From: Octopus bimaculoides
Lineage: Eukaryota
Reading direction: 5' to 3'
Length of the DNA: 64,000 nucleotides
NCBI RefSeq assembly: GCF_001194135.2
Contig: NC_068982.1
Location: 139,794,810 to 139,858,809 of the forward strand
Under the pieces are notes generated by a model, which saw nothing but the letters and a program-made list of their open reading frames with translations, was not told the DNA's origin and searched no databases. The translations under genes were made by a program, and so were the position numbers. This document shows positions 12,701 to 25,769 of this stretch, one piece after another. Position 1 is the first letter of the stretch. Each line of letters opens with the position of its first letter.

Positions 12701-14289
12701 TAAATTTTTTAACAAGCTTACTGGATAACCAGTATACACGTGCCTGTTCTGTACTGATTTTTTATATATCGCTAGCGGGAGGATGAGACGTTGATGCCTT
12801 TCGCAGTCGAGCATCCATCATTGACAAGGCCAATGAAGGTCAAAACCACATGATATGGTTGTCGAGACGACGTTGCAAGTGGTGGGGATATATATCTTAC
12901 CTAGAGATGTAAACAAACATGCATTACGCACCAAAAATCAATATAGGAATTTCTCTCGCTGGTATCTACAGTAGTGTAGTTTTAGTGGCGATAAATATTA
13001 AAGTTCTGGGGATTTATATCTTTAGTCGGCCATACACAACGATCTTGTTACGTATGTGGAAATACAAATATTCAGATTTGGGTTAGGTAGATACAAGTTC
13101 AGAGTTATTGCAAGGTCACCTATCGTTCCTATTTATATTGTATATTTAATACATATAAAATCATCTAAATTCAACCGATTGTCTCCCTTGCCTTTTTAAG
13201 CAAAATCATTTATAAGCATTATTCCAATATGGGGTAACAACGCTAAGCCGTGATGTGTATAAATACAAAATTGTTACCAGTTCAAACATGTTTGGGGCAT
13301 ATGTTTAGAAATTCTAAGTCTGGTTAGGTGTCGCTGTGATCTGGCTCAGTGTATTTACACCTCTTTTTCGACAGCGAGAATATTTTTACATGACAAAATA
13401 TGAACAGCTTTCTTATGTGTTTGAATACGCATATTTGATCTGGTAACAACGTTGTATATATCATTCTGATATACTTACAATTTAAATTATGTAGATAAGT
13501 TGCACATGGTATATAACAATTCAATTCTCATTAAGGTATACGTTAGTCATTCAATAGACTTCCTTGCGTTTTATTTGCATCCACTGTTTCATGTCATCCA
13601 GCAATACAATATGGATACACAAATATCCTTGGACTTCCGTTTATATTCTAATGGCGATATATTTCCCTCTGCTTTGCTGATGAGGTTTGATACGACGGTC
13701 AGTTCTCTACACTGGCAACCGTAATCCCATCGGCAAGTGTATTTCTATACTGCATTCCATACATATTAACTCATATTAATTGTACACAGCGAGTCTTATC
13801 CAAAACATTACCTGACCAGAATTAATTATTTAGAGAACTAAGTATTTTTATTAATTAATTAATTTTTTATTTAAAATATTTTGGCTTACTACATCAAGTA
13901 TGTTAACGTCTATATTAGTTTATTTTTCTTAAAGTTTATTTCATATAGAATACTCCTAATTGTCTAAATTAAATGAAACATATTTTCTCGGATCTTGTTA
14001 AGACTTACAGTTTGTGATTAATTCAGAAGTGATTAATTAGTGCATATATTGCTGTATCTAATTAAATATATCTTAGTTTATTTGTTAAAATGTTGATTTG
14101 ATTTCCTACCGACTATAATTTATTCCATACGCTGGAGGTATAAGTATTCACCAAATCAACGAGAAATCGTATACGCTTCTAACATGACAGCAGAATGAGG
14201 CAATGGAATCTCTAGGACAGATATAGGAAAAACGGGGCTCTAAATGGCAATGACGAATGTGCTGTAAGTTTTGTACTTATTTTTTTATA

Positions 14290-14593
14290 CGCCCTTTTAA
14301 AGCCTAGCCACGCTCATGGGCTCGGTTTCCCAGTTTCTATGACGTATGTGTTCCCCTGCAGATGGACGAGATGCCAGTCCATCGCAACTTTACTCAAGTA
14401 TCAGGAAGAAAGAGTGAGAGAAAGTTGGGGCGAAAGCGTACAACAGGTGTTCCAACCATCCTCTGCCGGAGGCCTCGTGGAGCTTTACAGGTTTTCGTTC
14501 AATAAACACACACAACGATTAGTCTGGGAATCGAAACCGCGATCCTTCGACCGTTTTCCGCTGCCCTAACGTCTGGACCATTGCGCCTCCACA
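14290..14593 (-). mobile_element. tRNA-derived SINE (family A)
   Basis: The reverse complement starts gtggaggcgcaatggtcc...ggtttcgattccc (A/B-box-like). The body is shared with 59040-59236 and 60193-60520. Confidence 0.85.
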
Positions 14594-15899
14594 AGTTTTG
14601 CACTGGTTTGCTATTATGCACTGGTGTATACAGGTTTCGATTATGCCGAAGAAAGGTATAGGATCGATTATTCATCGCAGAAAATTTCCAAACAAATGGA
14701 AGGGTAAAGTAAATCTAGAGTAGTATATATGAAATATTTTGTATACGTATTTTGAAAAAAATATTTGGTGGGGTTCTGCCACACATTAAAGTAATTTTAA
14801 AATCCGTTGATAGCTAAGAGATATCTTATACAAAACTAATATTGGACTTATACTCTTGTCTCGAAACCATGAAAACCTGTAACAATTATCTCATTACTAG
14901 AACTAAATTTAAAACATGACAATATCGAAATTAATCCTGAGAGATCGTATAGCATTTCGTTCTAATTTTCTAAATGTGGTTCAATGAAATTCTATATTAC
15001 TTGAGAAGTGTAAAAAGGAGTTAAAATTTGATTTATATTATGAACAAATAATTACTACGTGTTGGGTTTTCAACTACAAAAAGATAATCACATAGTCCAT
15101 ATTTTGTAACCAAGTTGACTTATTACAGACTTTATTCAGAATTATGAAGAACGAAAAGCAGCAGCAACTATTTGGAAATAATTTTAAAGTTTTAATGACA
15201 TTGGCGAGACAAAGCATAAAGTTGTTTTTGCATTTTTCAATATTCTTTAAAAATTAATTACATGTTGCTTCATATTTCCTTTCTAATATAGAAACAAAGA
15301 CATATAAAATATATATTTATGACCAAAATATTGATTGTTCCATGAAATAGATAAAATATGTTAATAATTAGTGAAATATTACAAGTGTTAATTATGTTGC
15401 CAGGATGTTTTTTTTTTAATATGCTTACGAATATATCAGAAATACAGTGTCGAAAACGCATATCTAATGAGTGGATAAATCGATAGGAATTTGACAATAA
15501 AAGTCAGTATTATATATGTTTCTAATTGCCATTGCAATATCAAAAGAATATTATAATATAGATTCTAAACTGTAGAACATCGAGCATAACATAAGAAATA
15601 ATTATTGGAAATAAACATTTCGCCGTTGTAGACTGAACGACAGAAACAGAAGGTGATATTCAAACCATATGCCTTCGAAACTAAACAGCCATATCACAAA
15701 GAACAGTGGACACAATAAAATATGTTTTATAGAACACCGTTAACGGTGTCCACGAAATACACGTATGCGTTGCCCTATTTATTTCTCCTCCGTGCAAGCA
15801 ATAAAAATTCTGCTATGACCTTACCTCCCAATGTTGCATGAATAGGAATCTATAAAATGTATAAAAGTTCTTGTTTTATATATATGTCTCTTCTAATTA

Positions 15900-16265
15900 A
15901 CGTTCACAATAATTTTTCTTTCGTCTTGGCACAACAGCCCTCACCGTTTGTTTAATACTGTCGTGTTTGTACATGTTTTTACTGTTTTTATTGTTTTTAC
16001 TGTCTTCTTCTCACTCTCCTGTGCTTGTTAACACTTTCACCCTCCGCAAAAAATTCCAAATTTTATTTAATTCGCTTTGCGGGAAGGACTGTTCCAACGA
16101 AGTCGCGTATTGTCCTTACTTTCGAAACGCGGAGTAGATGGGCAGGGACATCTGAGGAAAGGATATACTTTTTATGTTGCATGTCTCGTTTCTCTGTTTG
16201 TTCTTTTTCGTTTTTCGAAAAAAGTTCGTTTTCTGTTTTCGTTATTCGTTTCTCATTGTGTTAAA
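15900..16265 (+). repeat. Pyrimidine-rich interspersed repeat, possible Penelope terminal-repeat relic
   Basis: Composition and layout resemble 50500-50700; contains ttcgaaacgcg and ctgagga hammerhead-like words. Confidence 0.3.
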
Positions 16266-16359
16266 CGTTTTTTTTTAATGTCCTGTACCCATTTATGCAT
16301 GTATGTATACATATAGATGTAGGTATGCACATATACGTGTGGATATATGCATATATCTA

Positions 16360-16433
16360 TATCGATCTATCTATATCGATCTATATGTCTATCTATCTAT
16401 CTATCTATCTATCTATGTATGTATGTATGTATG

Positions 16434-16496
<63 letters not shown>

Positions 16497-16699
16497 ATNN
16501 NNNNNNNNNNNNNNNNNNNNNNNNNNNNNNNNNNNNNNNNNNNNNNNNNNNNNNNNNNNNNNNNNNNNNNNNNNNNNNNNNNNNNNNNNNNNNNNNNNNN
16601 NNNNNNNNNNNNNNNNNNNNNNNNNNNNNNNNNNNNNNNNNNNNNNNNNNNNNNNNNNNNNNNNNNNNNNNNNNNNNNNNNTATATATATATCTATATC

Positions 16700-16730
<31 letters not shown>
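16360..16730. repeat. (TATC)n/(TATG)n/(TA)n microsatellites around an N-gap (16499-16681)
   Basis: Direct reading. Confidence 0.95.
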
Positions 16731-16731
<1 letters not shown>

Positions 16732-18004
16732 TAGTTTCTTTTCAGCTATAGATAGGATCAACAAAATCTGTACTATAGAGATGAATATCAGTACTTAGAT
16801 ACGAGTTATTAGTAGTTTCATGCTGTGGAATCCCAATAAACCGGCAGATCTATACATCGTTTCACGTGCTTCCAAGCAATGCGTCAGGTTGAAATATACA
16901 ATATACAAGAAGAAACAAACGATGAGAAAGAAGGCTGGGCTATGTGAAAATGTGAGGAAGGAAGAGAGAAAGGAAAAAGTAAAAAGTGGAATGAGAAAAA
17001 GTCGAACGGGAAAATAAAGTGTGAAATGGTATAAAGAAACAAAAAAAAAAAATGACATTCTCAGTCGAAACTGTCCTATGGATTTTATATGAACATGAAA
17101 TTTTGTTTATAGCTTCAGTAAGTATTATACGCTGAAACGTATTCCTGTCTAAAAAAACAATTACTAATTTATGGGGTGCACGCAGAACAACGCGTGTCTA
17201 TGCAATTACATAACTTATTCAGTAAAAGCAGATTCGAACGTGAATATCTGGTCGCTTTTGTTGTTCGTCAACGAAGACGACTCCTTTAACTCGTGTAAAA
17301 ATCGACAGGTTGAAAGTGCAACGTTGTCGTAATGACTACGAGTCGTAAACAATTCTTCAATATATATCTATTGTTTCTTTAGAAGGAAATACCAGATGTG
17401 ACAATCCCTTAGAAAAAAAAAAAAACGAAAATAAGAAAATTAGATGTCATTGCATTATATGTTGTGTGTGTGTTTGCGTTTAGTATTCTTTTAGATAAAG
17501 AGGGAATTTCTTCGTACATTCGTGAGCGTTGATATATTGAAGCAGTCAACTAGTGTTATCCTACATATGTTTTCTGAAAGACAGGTTGTCGAAGAGAATT
17601 AGTCGAAATCATTCACGTGGCAAAAGTTCTGTTGGCCTTTAGTGCAGTATCAGTCAGAGAAAGAATTTCGTTCGAATTTACGCTTCGCCGTTCATGACAT
17701 TTCTCGGCCTCTATTTTCTTTACTTGTTAATTATATTTCGTCACCCGGGCCTCTCACGGTGCCTGATCCTCATCTCGCTGCTTATTGACAGTTTGATCAG
17801 TTCAAGTCTGGATTGATCAGTATCGATCTGGTACACTCGTTCGAATCTGCTAGAAAGTAATACGAATGAACGGATACTGTGATGTTTATGTAAAATATTT
17901 TGTTACACTTGTATTTTTATTATACTTTGTTATACTTTACTACTGTTATATTTCTATACACACACAACACACACACACACACACACACATATATACGTAT
18001 TTAT

Positions 18005-18335
18005 ATGAAGGCGCATGGCTCAGTGGTTAGAACGTCGAGCTTACCATAGTGAGATCGTGAATTCGATTCCCTGACCGGGCTGTGTTTTGTTCTTGAGCAA
18101 GACATTTTATTTCCCGTTGCTCCAGTTAATTAAGCTGTAGAAATGAGTTGTGACATCACTGGTGCCAAGCTGTATCGGCCCCTTTGCCTTTCCCTTGGAT
18201 ATCATCAGTGGTGTGGAGAGGAGAGGCTTGTATGCATGGGTGACTGCTGGCCTTCCACAAACAACCTTGCTCGGACTTGTGCCGTGGAGGGTAACTTTCT
18301 AGATGCAGTCCCACGGTCATTCATAACCGAAGAGG
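18005..18335 (+). mobile_element. tRNA-derived SINE with a CORE-like segment
   Basis: Head ggcgcatggctcagtggttag...gaattcgattccc (A/B boxes), followed by ttgagcaagacattttatttcccgttgctccagt...ctgtagaaatgag. Confidence 0.8.
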
Positions 18336-19240
18336 GGTGTCTCCTCATCTGTATCCATGTATGTATGCACGATGCGGTGTGGCGCTCACATTAGTGGCAG
18401 CCGTACAAAAGAATGTAAGCATCCCTTCCATCCGTAGACTGGGATGGCACCCTGGCAAGTGCTTGTGACATCTTAGCCTCCCATGCCAGGTATAGAGCGA
18501 AGACGTCAGCAACAGTGGGTTGTATAATTGACAAGTATCCTAGATCAACGACTTGCAGGTTATTAAGTTCAAGCGGTAAATAAATACCATGAAACAACTG
18601 TTGGGCGTTAATTATCAAGTGAGCTGCTACCGCGTGTTCCGGCTCCTCGACGACCATGCTCATTGCATTTTTGTGGACCGGTTGATATTTTCCCTGGTGG
18701 TATAGAGAGGCAATCTTGTAGGAGCGTGACACCTACTACCTTATTCGTTTTCGAAAGGTCTTTCGTTCAAAGAACTCTGAACAGAACTGTGAAGACAATA
18801 TATACACGAACGTGTGATTGTAATACACACATGTGCGTGCGCGTGTACGTGGTTTTAAGATAACACGTCGAAAAGCTCCTTCCCAGTTCTGTTAGTAATT
18901 AAACACATGCAACACTAAAGCACATACAATTTATTTCAACATTATCTTAACACCAAGCAAACAATCAGTTACAATCGTAAAACTGTTACTTTTAGAATTA
19001 TGATTTTGAAAATGCGAACATAAACAGCTGCTGAATGTGTAAAAGTTTACGCTGATTTAAAGAGTAAAGATGTCGTTGATATAAAAAATATCAAAATGCG
19101 GAATCAGATCAAATGTCCGATAATTTTCGAATCGGAAGTGGTACGGTTATAATGTCTCAATTCATATGTATACAAAAAGTGTTAACGTACGGGAATACTT
19201 TGTGAGACATAACACTGATAATAACAATACTTTCTACTAT

Positions 19241-19392
19241 AGGCGCATGAGTGACTATGTAGTAAGTAGTTTGCTTACCAACCACATGTTTCTGGGTACA
19301 GTCCCAGTGCGCGGCACCTTGGGCAAGTCTCTTCTACTATACCCTCGGGCTGGCCAAAGTCTTGTGAGTGGATTCGGTAAACGGAAACTGAA

Positions 19393-19472
<80 letters not shown>

Positions 19473-19626
19473 ATCTGTGTCCCCCCAGCATCGCTTGGCA
19501 ACTGATGCTGGTGTGTTTACGTCCCCGTAACCTAGCGGTTCGACAAAAGAGACCGATAGAATAAGTACTAAGCTTACAAAGAATAAGTCCTGGGTCCTGG
19601 GTCAACTGACTGAAACAAGTAAAAAA
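19241..19626 (+). mobile_element. SINE family B with an internal (GT)/(GA) microsatellite
   Basis: Aligns by eye along its length with 27951-28360. Confidence 0.9.
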
Positions 19627-19629
19627 GTA

Positions 19630-19832
19630 TAGGCACAAAGCTTATAATCTGTGCGGAGAGGGAAACCTGATTACATTGAACGCAGTACTCAACTCGTACT
19701 TATTTCATCGACCCCGAAACGATGAACGGCAAAGTTGATCTCGAGGGAATTTGAACTCAGCACGTATCGGCAGACGAAATACCGTTAAACATTTCACACT
19801 GCGTTGCTAACAAGTCTGCCAGCTCGTTTTCT
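19630..19832 (-). mobile_element. SINE family C
   Basis: The core atcgaccccgaaacgatgaacggcaaagttgatctcg...tttgaactcag is shared with many copies in the window. Confidence 0.85.
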
Positions 19833-20689
19833 TAACACTGATTATAACAATATTAACGTTAAAGAGCTCTAAATATATACTAATATAATATTCCAAAAGA
19901 TAATAATGCATTAATTTCTGAAATATCACAAATTAAATGCAATGAGATGTATATAAATTTTATAAAACAAAATGCAACAGGAGCAAGTTTCAAACAAAAT
20001 AAGAAATGCTTTTTATAATTCTAAAATTTTATTTCTTTTGATGCTCGAAATTGAGAAGCATGCTCTGGAACCTAAGAAGTGCAAAATCGAGTACAGATTG
20101 CAAACTAGAATTAATAATAATTAATTTATAAGGATTTGGATTAAAAAAAAAGATACTGTGAGAAATAATCAATAATTTACAATTTTACTCATTGCAAGGA
20201 GTAAAATGGAAAATAAGAAATTAGCTATGAAAATGTTAACAACAACAATAACAATAAAAAAACTAAATATCTCAATTATAATCATAATAATCATCTTCAT
20301 TTCCCATCATTATAAACAACCTGAAAAAGTGACAAATCAGCCAACAGCATTAAGAAACTTACGAAGCACATAAAAAATGTATCCGCATACATTAATGACA
20401 ATGCGGTACACATTTCAGGAAAGCAAATATGAAGTTGGCGGTGATACAGGATGCTGGAAGAAAATGTTGAAGACTTGTTACATTAAAAGAAACTTCAACA
20501 AGCAATAACATTAACAATCCTAAAAATTAATTTTTCTCATTTAGGAACAGCCACATTTGTTTTACCGGGAGTGGGATATTCATTAGGATCGAAGCCATAA
20601 CTTGACTGGCAATTTGATCGGGATTTCTACTCAGAATGTAAAGAGCTGGAAGTACACCATGAATAATAATAAGAATAATTATTTCTGCT

Positions 20690-20855
20690 TTAGTTAGAGG
20701 ATAGTCGATTGTAATTCAGCACAGTCCAGAACAGGCACTTATCTCCTCGACCCGGAAAGAAACGAAAGGAAGATCAATTTCAGCTGAATTTGAACTCAGA
20801 ACGAAAGGGTGGACGAGATGCTGTTAAGTATTTTGCTCGACTCACCAACTTCAAG
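20690..20855 (-). mobile_element. SINE family C (degenerate)
   Basis: cgacccggaaaga...aatttgaactcagaacg...tgttaagtattttgctcgac. Confidence 0.7.
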
Positions 20856-21084
20856 ATGATGGTTATGAGGATTATGATGATGATGGTGATGAAGCAGATA
20901 GTGTACCCTTATCAAACGGGTAGTCATGCTGGGCCTAGTATATCTTAATCCAGTGTCACCTTGATGGCCTGCACTGCTCTCTCACTCAATAACAACAACA
21001 AAAACAATATCATCATCAACAACAACAACAACACCAACAAAAACAATAATAATACTAATAATAATGATAATATATATAAAATAA

Positions 21085-21280
21085 ATTAGAATAGAATGCC
21101 AGGTAGAACTGTTACAAAAACGTTTGCCTCTTAGGCACGGCTAGAATAATGAGGAAAGTATTAGATACCTGAAAAGAATGGATAGCATGGTACCGTAAGC
21201 TGCAGGTACAAAGCCCGCTACGCATGCAAGAATCCAGAAACACCAACAGAATTTGTGATAAAGAGAAATAATAATAACAG
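21085..21280 (+). mobile_element. R4/Dong-like non-LTR retrotransposon 3' end (REL C-terminus and 3' UTR)
   Basis: IRIECQVELLQK/VCLLGTARIMRKVLDT* (stop 21170-21172) matches the LQK..LLGTARILRKVL terminus. The fragment ends in taataataa. Confidence 0.8.
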
Positions 21281-21284
21281 AAAT

Positions 21285-21545
21285 TGGAGGCCACCACCCT
21301 AGTGCAGGAGTAGCAAGAACGTATACATCTAGAAAGGAAGGTGAAAAAGGGTTATTATCAGCGGAAGACTGCGGGGAGTAGGTGTAAACTCCGATGTAGG
21401 TAATGGTGAAGAAAGTTTATTAAAAGCGCCCAGAATCACAGAAAGACGTAGGGAAACCAAAATCACCAACAAATTTTAAACCAGATAAAAGAACAGAAAT
21501 TATCTGACTCGCAGAAAAAGGCATTGCATGGGAGATGTTGCCACC
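21285..21545 (+). mobile_element. R4/Dong-like RT C-terminal relic
   Basis: HHPSAGVARTYTSRKEGEKGLLSAEDC resembles HP.ADVDRLY.PRKEGGRGL...EDC. Confidence 0.7.
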
Positions 21546-22329
21546 GGTGTATCATATTAGGAGACATTATAAGTGCTGTTTACATTTAATGTGGGAAGTT
21601 ACACAAAAAAATCAGCAGAAAAGGGAGGAGTAAAAATATACTTAGTATATAAAATATAAGACATTTATGATGCAGTCCTCCTGGTACAGAACCAGTTCTA
21701 CTTTCAGTCAATCAATAACTCACTGACCCAGGATCACTCTCGGTCACTGCAAACATTTTGCCACTAATTGTAGTTTCTAACTTAGGTAAAAAGGCAGAAA
21801 TCTGGCAAAAAGGGGTTTATTAATAACCAGTAACTAAATAACATAAAAGCACGAGGGAAGATGTATCTCAACTTGCTGAAGCACCAAGGAATTTTGTTAA
21901 GATATCTGGTGTGTGAATATTCAACAGAACAATTAAAGACAAAGTGTACTATATTTTAAAATGAAATGGGATATATGCGGGACCAGCCCTAGTGTTGCTG
22001 GCACCTTGGGTAAGCTGAACGACGATGCCCTTACAAGTATAATTTATTAAAACCATCATAAGCGAAAATCTGAAAATGTTGACTAAAAATCACTTGACGG
22101 CAGGAGTGATTGCCCGAGTTGCCGGTATCTTGAGCCGTCCCTGGAAATATGAGAAGACAAGAGATTATAAATGTTACAGAAGAAAAAGTATCTTGAAACA
22201 CACATAAAATGATACGGAATTTGAATGTATCTAGTTCCAGCGGTTTTCAGTGAATCTGCATAAAAATCTCATAATTATGTTCAAAGATGTTCAATAGTTT
22301 CTCATTGAATTGTGATGAAAATAGAACAC

Positions 22330-22800
22330 ATTTGTCAACAAACAAATGTTGATAGTAAAGGGTAAATAAATAAGAAGTGAGCAATTATAGTATACATCCT
22401 AGAGATGGAGAAGCTATTAGGAGAAGAGCGGAGCGGAAATAATTCATTTCGAGATATCATTAGTCGGACAGGCATATTTCAGGAAGATCCGCTCTTCGCA
22501 TTATTTCTGTGATTATGTTGATTACTTTAACACCAATAGTGAACAAGCCCACATATGATTATGAGCATTCTAAGATTAGGTAGCAAATGAAATATCTGCT
22601 CTATACCCGGAATCTCCAGTTAAAATAGTAAAGATATTGAGTACAATATTGGGATGGGATTCGGGATAGATAACTGTGCAGTATTAATTATGAAGAAATA
22701 TCGAATGATTAAATCTTATGAGTGAAGATATCACCTGCTGATATCATTGATTAAGTGAAAAGGAACGATGTACCGATGGGTACCACAGGATAAGAACTTA
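22330..22800 (+). mobile_element. R4/Dong-like RT relic
   Basis: RTGIFQEDPL (RGIFQGDSL motif) and NIGMGFGIDNCAVLIMKK (DIGMEFG..KCA.L.MK motif). Confidence 0.7.
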
Positions 22801-24004
22801 ATGGAAAAGAGAAACTCGCCAAAAATAGAAATGTTAGAAAGATGCCAAATGCATTCCATGTCCTTAAGGAATTCTATGTTTTACTTCACTAGACTTGAGA
22901 TACTGTGATAATTTTAAAAGTGGGAAGCAGAGTGCTACTGGAATAGTATAGAAGTATTCGGACGTTGCGCAGTGTATCACCCATACCAACCTAAATATAT
23001 GACATCGGTAATAGAAGTGGACGAGTAAATTGCAAGAGTTTCGCTGGCGACGATTTGACATGGCTCACGTGATGTGCAGCCTCTTTTCTTCGTAGTAAGA
23101 TTTGCTGTTGGATGCAAACACCCACATAGACAGACTTGCACGTGGAAAGAATGAGCGAGAGGGAGAAATGTTATGATGTACACATTGAACAGAAATGTCA
23201 TAAACACCGTCCCTCTCCTCATACACATAGACAAATATGCTTACACGTAGGAAGTGAGAGAGAAGGGAGAAGGAGAGAGAAAAAGAAACAGAGGAGAGAT
23301 AGGGTGGATGAAGAGAGAGGACGAAGTGAAAAAGCAAAAGAAACATATAAAACGTTTGATGTCAAATAATTCCGCATCGAGAGTGGGCGGTACAAATCGG
23401 CTGTGCCAAAATTTCTCATATCCCATCGACAGGCCGTATTCCCAAGATGAGAAGGAATGAGAGGTTAATTAAATGTCGAAAACACACTCCGTGTTGTAAA
23501 ATATCAACGTTGGAAAACTATCGTCACCAGCTAGAAATATCGGAAGAGATATCAAGGTGAGAGAAAAATTTCCAGAATAGGAAGAACAAAGATGGGCAAA
23601 AGTACTAATCATCTTGTAAGGAAATGCTGGAAGGAAGCACAATATGATTAACTAAATGCATGTTAAGTTCACTAAAACAGTGCATTGGAATGTTAGTCAA
23701 TTTGTGGATTTGGAGTGACGGCAAAGTAGTATAAACAGTTTCATATTACTATTTTGATATTGTAATTGCTCTACCCTAAGACAGCTTGAGAGGGAGGAGG
23801 TATGAATAATAATTACGGGATTTTATGAAATCTCTCCATAGAGAGGCTGTTTGTATTATTAGAGCAAGGAGTGATTGGGGAGAGGGGAAATAAGCAGTTT
23901 CAGATATTCGCAATCCTGTATGTTGAGGGGATATACAAGATGAACAAAACAAAACAGTAAAAAATGGAGAGAGATAAAGAAAAAAGAAAAAAAACAGGAA
24001 ACAT

Positions 24005-24118
24005 CAGGTAGAGAGAGAGGGAGAGAGGGAGAGAGAGAGAGATAGATAGNNNNNNNNNNGAGAGAGAGAGAGAGAGAGAGTGAGAGAGAGAGAGAGAGTG
24101 AGAGAGAGAGAGAGAGAA
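24005..24118. repeat. (GA)n microsatellite with a 10-nt gap
   Basis: Direct reading. Confidence 0.95.
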
Positions 24119-24759
24119 TCGGAAACAGATATGGGAAAATTCTTCCTCTGGTAATTATTGCACGCGGCTCGACGGCTAACCGTTTGTCTATGAGGTAAAA
24201 TTCTATTGGTATTGAGACTCATATTTTCAGCCTGCATCTTTCCATCATTGATTCTGCACACAATGTGAGAAAGATTCTTGAAATTTAAAGTGTTATTTTA
24301 CCACCAAAGCACCTGTATAATACAGTTGGAACTAAAATAATATAATAATAGTTTTTCTTTTGCGATAATACTATTAATAATAATGCTGTAATATAGTCTT
24401 AAGACCGTTGATAATTATGGAAACAACCGATGTATGCTCTAACGAGCACTAAGTCAATGCTTATACCGTCTCTGAAACCGATCGTTAAATTAAGCTCACT
24501 GTTACTTCAACTCCTTATAAATGAGGCACAACATTGAAGCTAGAAATATTGAGTGGGATACGTAGCAGGAGGAGGGTTCGGGTAGAATAAAATACAGTTA
24601 TTGTATTTAGTTAATGTTAAATACGTCTATGACCATTAAGTTTTTTTCGATTGGATCACTGAGAATCCCCTCTTGAACTGAGTTGTTATAATTCGGTCAC
24701 TTACAACTCTCTCTCTCCTACTAGGACTTTGCGTCAAGTATCAGCCCCACAAGTTGAAT

Positions 24760-24968
24760 GTGTTGGTCCTTCTGGCCGAATAAAATATTTAAAAAAAATT
24801 TGACGGATATTTGTCCTCAACTTGTTTGTTGTTAGCACAACCTTTCGGCTGATCTACCCGCTAGCCTTCACCAGGTGTCTTGGGTAAATTTCTAAGGTAT
24901 TTTTTTCGAACTCGGAATCTTGATGTTAGTAGCCCGCGCTCTTAACCACTAGGCCATATACCTGTGGC
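24760..24968 (-). mobile_element. tRNA-headed element carrying a degenerate hammerhead motif
   Basis: Minus strand: ggccacaggtatatggcctagtggttaagagcgcgggctact...ccgagttcgaa (tRNA-like head), then gacac CTGGTGA a ggct...agcc GAAA ggt t gtgct. Confidence 0.65.
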
Positions 24969-25039
24969 CAACTATGGAGTGAATTTTAGGGCTTATAAAT
25001 CTAACATTTTTCTATCCTTCCTTAATACCGGTTGCCATA

Positions 25040-25200
25040 TCTCACTGGACATCTTCCCGCTTTCAGTCAAATGCACTTCATTCACTCACAGAATACTGAG
25101 GTGATAGTGATCAAATTCACGAAGTAGATGGGCCAATCGTCCACAGTGGTAGAGAGTTCGATATCTACTCTCTGACGCTCAGAATCGGACTATTCTTCAC
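25040..25200 (-). mobile_element. RTE/CR1-type LINE AP-endonuclease N-terminal relic
   Basis: GRLAHLLREFDHYHLSIL*VNEVHLTESGK resembles G.L..L..E...Y.LDILG.SE.RW..SG. Confidence 0.65.
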
Positions 25201-25499
25201 AAGCTAGGCAAGCTTTCGGTTTTATCACGGTCTCGTCTTAATTTCGATAGAGCCTTCCTCTCAAGTCGGTTATTGCACACACATTTTCATGCTTGCTTTT
25301 CTCAACGATTGTAGTTTAACCCCCATGAGTGTTTTCTTCAGTAGTTTTGATGACAGCTCGCCAGTCCATTCACCACCTTTCTCTTGCAGCCAGGCTTGAG
25401 GTCACTCTCATGGACAGAATCAAAAACTCTGAGAAAAAAAAAATCAATCTGCACAATTGCATGATATTTTGTTGGAAATAAGTGCGAGACAGGCAAGAA

Positions 25500-25690
25500 T
25501 AGGAAAATGCAACACAGCTATGTAATGTATACTACTCGGGGGATGACGGGAGAGAGGGAAAACCAAGAAGACGTGGCCAGCCTCATTCAAATATCCAAAG
25601 CACCTTGGAAAAACCTGGCAACTACGCTGAAAACTGATTATTTGAGACGTTTTTGTACCCGATGTAGAGGCCAACTGTAAGACAGAAACT
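25500..25690 (+). mobile_element. Possible RTE LINE 3' relic
   Basis: gggagagagggaaaaccaagaagacgtgg encodes GKPRRRW, like the terminal GRP...W motif of RTE ORFs. Confidence 0.4.
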
Positions 25691-25769
25691 TAGCCCATGC
25701 CTACAGCCGTAGCTAAATGGGAATGTTTTCTCGGAATTTGCAACATACAAGCTAACATCTCATACACAT

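Noticed and set aside
13670-13720. CTGATGA motif (hammerhead core or C box)
   Set aside because: No GAAA partner or terminal stem and D box nearby.
16115-16165. gaaacgcg ... ctgagga arrangement suggesting a type II hammerhead
   Set aside because: No valid NUH cut site, and helix I would overlap the core.
18005-18080. tRNA-like segments here and at 14520-14593, 24900-24968, 46430-46500 and 60193-60270
   Set aside because: They have A/B boxes but no full cloverleaf and continue into SINE bodies, so they are SINE heads rather than tRNA genes.
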